Shown: positions 60,454 through 64,000 of the stretch, in pieces
How positions within the stretch are numbered: position 1 is the stretch's first letter
Layout: each line of letters opens with the position of its first letter
Source: the human T2T-CHM13v2.0 reference genome, Homo sapiens
DNA: 64,000 bases
Assembly: GCF_009914755.1 (NCBI RefSeq)
Contig: NC_060926.1
Reading direction: 5' to 3' (one strand)
Program-made: the position numbers and the translations under genes
Notes under the pieces: model-generated
Told to the model about the DNA's origin: nothing
Seen by the model: only the letters and a program-made list of their open reading frames with translations
The model's database searches: none

Positions 60454-61290
60454 AAGTCTGTTTCCACAGACCATAGACCCATGTCCAAGTCTGTTTCGGA
60501 GACCACAGACCCATGACCAAGTCTGTTTCCATAGACCATAGACCCATGTCCAAGTCTGTTTCCACAGACCATAGACCCATGTCCAAGTCTGTTTCCACAG
60601 ACCATAGACTCATGTCCAAGTCTGTTTCAGAGACCATAGACTCATGGCCAAGTCTGTTTCCACAGACCATAGACCCATGTCCAAGTCTGTTTCAGAGACC
60701 ACAGACCCATGACCAAGTCTGTTTCCATAGACCATAGACCCATGTCCAAGTCTGTTTCCACAGACCATAGACCCATGTCCAAGTCTGTTTCAGAGACCAT
60801 AGACTCATGGCCAAGTCTGTTTCCACAGACCGTAGACCCATGCTTAAGTCTGTTTCCACAGACCATAGACCCACGTCCAAGTCTGTTTCAGAGATCATAG
60901 TCTCGTGCCTACGTCTGATCCCATAGACAATAGACCCATGCCTGTGTCTGTTTCAGAAATCATAGTCTCGTGCCTACGTCTGATTCCACAGACCATAGAC
61001 CCATGCTCATGTCTGTTTTAGAGCCTATGGACCCGTGCCCACATCTGTTTCCATAGACCATAGACCTGTGCCCACACCCGTTTTCATAGATTATAGACCT
61101 TTGCCCATATCTATTTTTGTAGACTTGTGCTTAAATCTTTTTCTGCAGGTTTTAGACCTGCATCCACATGTTTCCATGGACTGTAAACCTGTGCCCTCTT
61201 CTGTTTCCACAGACAATAGTAGTATGACAGACTTGCACCCACATCTGTTTCTGTAGGCCGTAGACCTGTGTTCACATGTTTCAATAAACC
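60454..61290. repeat. 32/33-bp minisatellite, ~13 homogeneous units then ~10 degenerate units
   Basis: Unit gaccatagacccatgtccaagtctgtttccaca (33 bp) or ending ...gtttcaga (32 bp); units start 60469, 60501, 60534, 60567, 60600, 60632, 60665, 60697, 60730, 60763, 60795, 60828, 60861. Confidence 0.95.
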
Positions 61291-64000
61291 TCACCTGTGT
61301 TCACATCATTCTTCATAAACTAGAGACCTTCAGATATCTGCTCCACAGTTTGGACATTAATTAATTTTCCCACTCTACCCTAATTTAATCTTAGTTAGCT
61401 GTCACCCCAAAGGATTTTACTCACATTACTGCTATCACTTTTCCCTTCCACCAGAGAATTTCTTTCTGATTTTCAGTCGTTTCTTGGCCCTGAGAATAAC
61501 CCCCACTGGCGAGTGTAGGCTGTCATGCCAGACACCTGTCAGGGTCTTATCAGAGCAAAACTCATCAAATCCCAAATGGTTCCATTCTTTCATAATCATG
61601 AATGATATATTTGCCATGCCCCGCCTTGTGCTGGGAACTGAAGACACAGCACCGGTATTGCTAACACATGTGCTCACTTTTGAGGAGATCACCATAGCAT
61701 TCTAGGATAGGTTAAGTGCAGCACAGGTGCCCATTTCACCCCTCACTTGACCAGGGCAGACATCACTAATCAACCATAGCATGCTTTCCTGCTGAGCTAG
61801 AGCTTGGATTTAGAAGTCTTCTTTTCAATCTAATGATAAAAATGAAATGCATTTGTTCTTCTTGGTGTGATGGGTAAGAGCTGGTGCCCTGAAAAATTCA
61901 GGCAGAGGTAAAGATATTTACCCAGGTGTCAGCCCCTGCAGGTAGGAGGGACTATGCGCCCCAGTATTCCCACCCTGGTTTCCAAGCTGCCTGTTCTGTG
62001 GTATAAAAGAGTACAGGCACTTGCATCACAGTCCAGGCACCACCCAACATTGCCAAGAGAATCCTCAGAGTAGCCTCATGAGGTAGGCATCATCTCCCAA
62101 GTAACAGATGGAGGACAACAGGCTGAAGACACCAGCCCCTTGGAAAGATTGAACGACAGATAGTGAGAGGACTCCCTTCAAGTGTAGGGTCTGTCTACAC
62201 CCCAGGAACCAAATGCATTCCATTACACAAGGCTGCCTGGCTGGAAAGAGAGTGCCTCCAAGTAATAGTTTGTTATTGATTCGAAGAAGGGTGGTAGTTC
62301 TGTTACTCTAAGTAGGATCATGACACTAATATGGAAACAGAGCAAAGACCACATCTTGGGACTTCTATGTCCATCATTCTTTCTTGAAAATTGTGAGTTT
62401 GCTCATGAAATGCAGAATGTAGATAGTTCCCCAAAATACTGATAATGCAGTGTAAATGCATGAGGTGCTGTTTCCTTCATGCTCTGCCGCTACCGAGGGA
62501 ATCCCAGGGTGCAGGGGAATGGCTTCTCCCTGGGTCAGCTTACCTCAGTGTACAAGTGTAAACCAGGGAGGAAAAGGGGAACAAACCCTGCAAGGAATAT
62601 TTAGCACTGGATGACACAAAACAACATTGCAGAATGGGCTCTCTTTCTCCTTAGTGGGCTTGAATTGATGCAGCTGTCCTATTTTCTTAAAAACATGTGC
62701 ATACATACATGTAAACCCCAAACACTACAGAACAAAAGAGGCCGACCTGACTCAATTATGTTTCATTCCTCTGTCAGGACTGGCTTGCAGAAATTGGTAA
62801 CAATACATCTAAAAGATTTCTCACAGGAACCTTAATAGGAATAACCCAGATTTGTACCAGGCTGAATGAGAAATTTATGAATTTTGAGAGCATAAAGTAG
62901 GCTAGGTTTCTGGCCCTCATCCATACCACCTCCCCAAAACTGATGTGTGGCATGAAAAGTTTTTAGAGAATTGCTATTTCAGTTTTATCTGCATACATAT
63001 CAGAGGGGCTGGCAGTGAGAGGGAAGAGGCAGAAACAGGACCAAGCAGGAATACACTCACTTTTGTTTTTTGAAAACTACCTGTTGAAAACTTGAGGTAA
63101 AGCTATACCCAGGGTGGGCCTGGATAGAGCTGATCAGTGTGGGCTCATTGCAGACATCCAAGCTGACCTTACTGTCATACTGGACAGTTCCTCCTCGCCA
63201 TGCGTCCTGGCTGATCACTATGAAGCAGGAACTGCAGTGAGCGCAGGCACCAAAATGCCCTGTTGTAATCACAGACAGTCCTGCTATCCTTGCCTAGAGC
63301 CATCTGGAGCCATTCCTCTTTCCTTGTTCAGAGGAGGATATAGACTTCTAACAACAGTCAGCCTGGGCAGTAAGTGGATCCTGGGAGTTAATTCCATACT
63401 CCAAAGTAGTATGACAGTCATTTATTTAATCAGGTATGTATTTAGCCCTCCACTCTAGCCAGGCTTTACCTTTATTCTTTCATTCATTTCTCACTTCAGG
63501 AACCAAATCCTACTGTTAAAGTCAATTGTGTTGTCATTTTGCAGGAAAGGAAATAAAAGCAGGCACTTTGGGGTCAAGTGCACACAGGTCTCAGGATCTT
63601 GGGCATTGAAGAAGTGGATTGCAAATTAACTATGTTGGGGACAGGGCACTGTGGCTGGGTCCAGTGCTCCATATTTCATAATGGTTGATGCACATCAGAC
63701 AGGTTGGGTTTCCAAATCTGCTGTTTAGGACCATTAAGTCTTCCAGCCACCAAACTTTGAACTCAGTTTTAATGTTTGTAAATTGGGCGTAAATGGGAGT
63801 AAACCCCTTTCCCTACCACACCTAAAGGGCCCTCACTGAGTTGGTGTGTACATAGCCCCAAGAGCACAGTGGGCACTTGATTAAAGACTGCTTCTGCTTT
63901 TAGAGAACATGAAGCTTTAATGGCAGTAAGGCCAGGCACCACAATCTTTACAGAGGGGATGTGTGTGTCTGTTCCATAACTGGTTAGAAGTGCAAGGGAA

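Noticed and set aside
60454-61290. CRISPR-like array (33-bp repeats with internal palindrome)
   Set aside because: Units are contiguous with no unique spacers, there are no cas genes, and the context is primate; it is a minisatellite

Overview
Mammalian nuclear DNA, almost certainly human or great ape (AluY, LTR12/ERV9, THE1 and an L1PA3-type element). I recognise no cellular protein-coding exon, RNA gene, CpG island or CRISPR array. The ORF-track entries are decayed L1/THE1 ORFs, Alu read-throughs, tandem-repeat frames or chance ORFs. The window looks like intergenic or deep intronic sequence built from layered transposons: L1 of several ages, about 11 Alus, MaLR/ERVL/ERV1 LTRs, L2/MIR and DNA-transposon relics, plus micro- and minisatellites. 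Repeat families were assigned from remembered consensus sequences, not a database search, so subfamily calls and the ends of old elements are approximate. I found no support for a new multi-gene biological system. The best observations are small genome-dynamics signatures: (1) a 109-bp locally templated insertion with iterative filler inside an MLT1 LTR; (2) a tiny 5'-inverted L1 with TSDs and a possible short 3' transduction that later received a full-length THE1; (3) a CCAAT-rich solo LTR12 inserted into an Alu with a 4-bp TSD; (4) a fold-back inverted duplication inside MLT1A; (5) a polar 32/33-bp minisatellite with higher-order structure and repeated GTCTG/CAGAC motifs.
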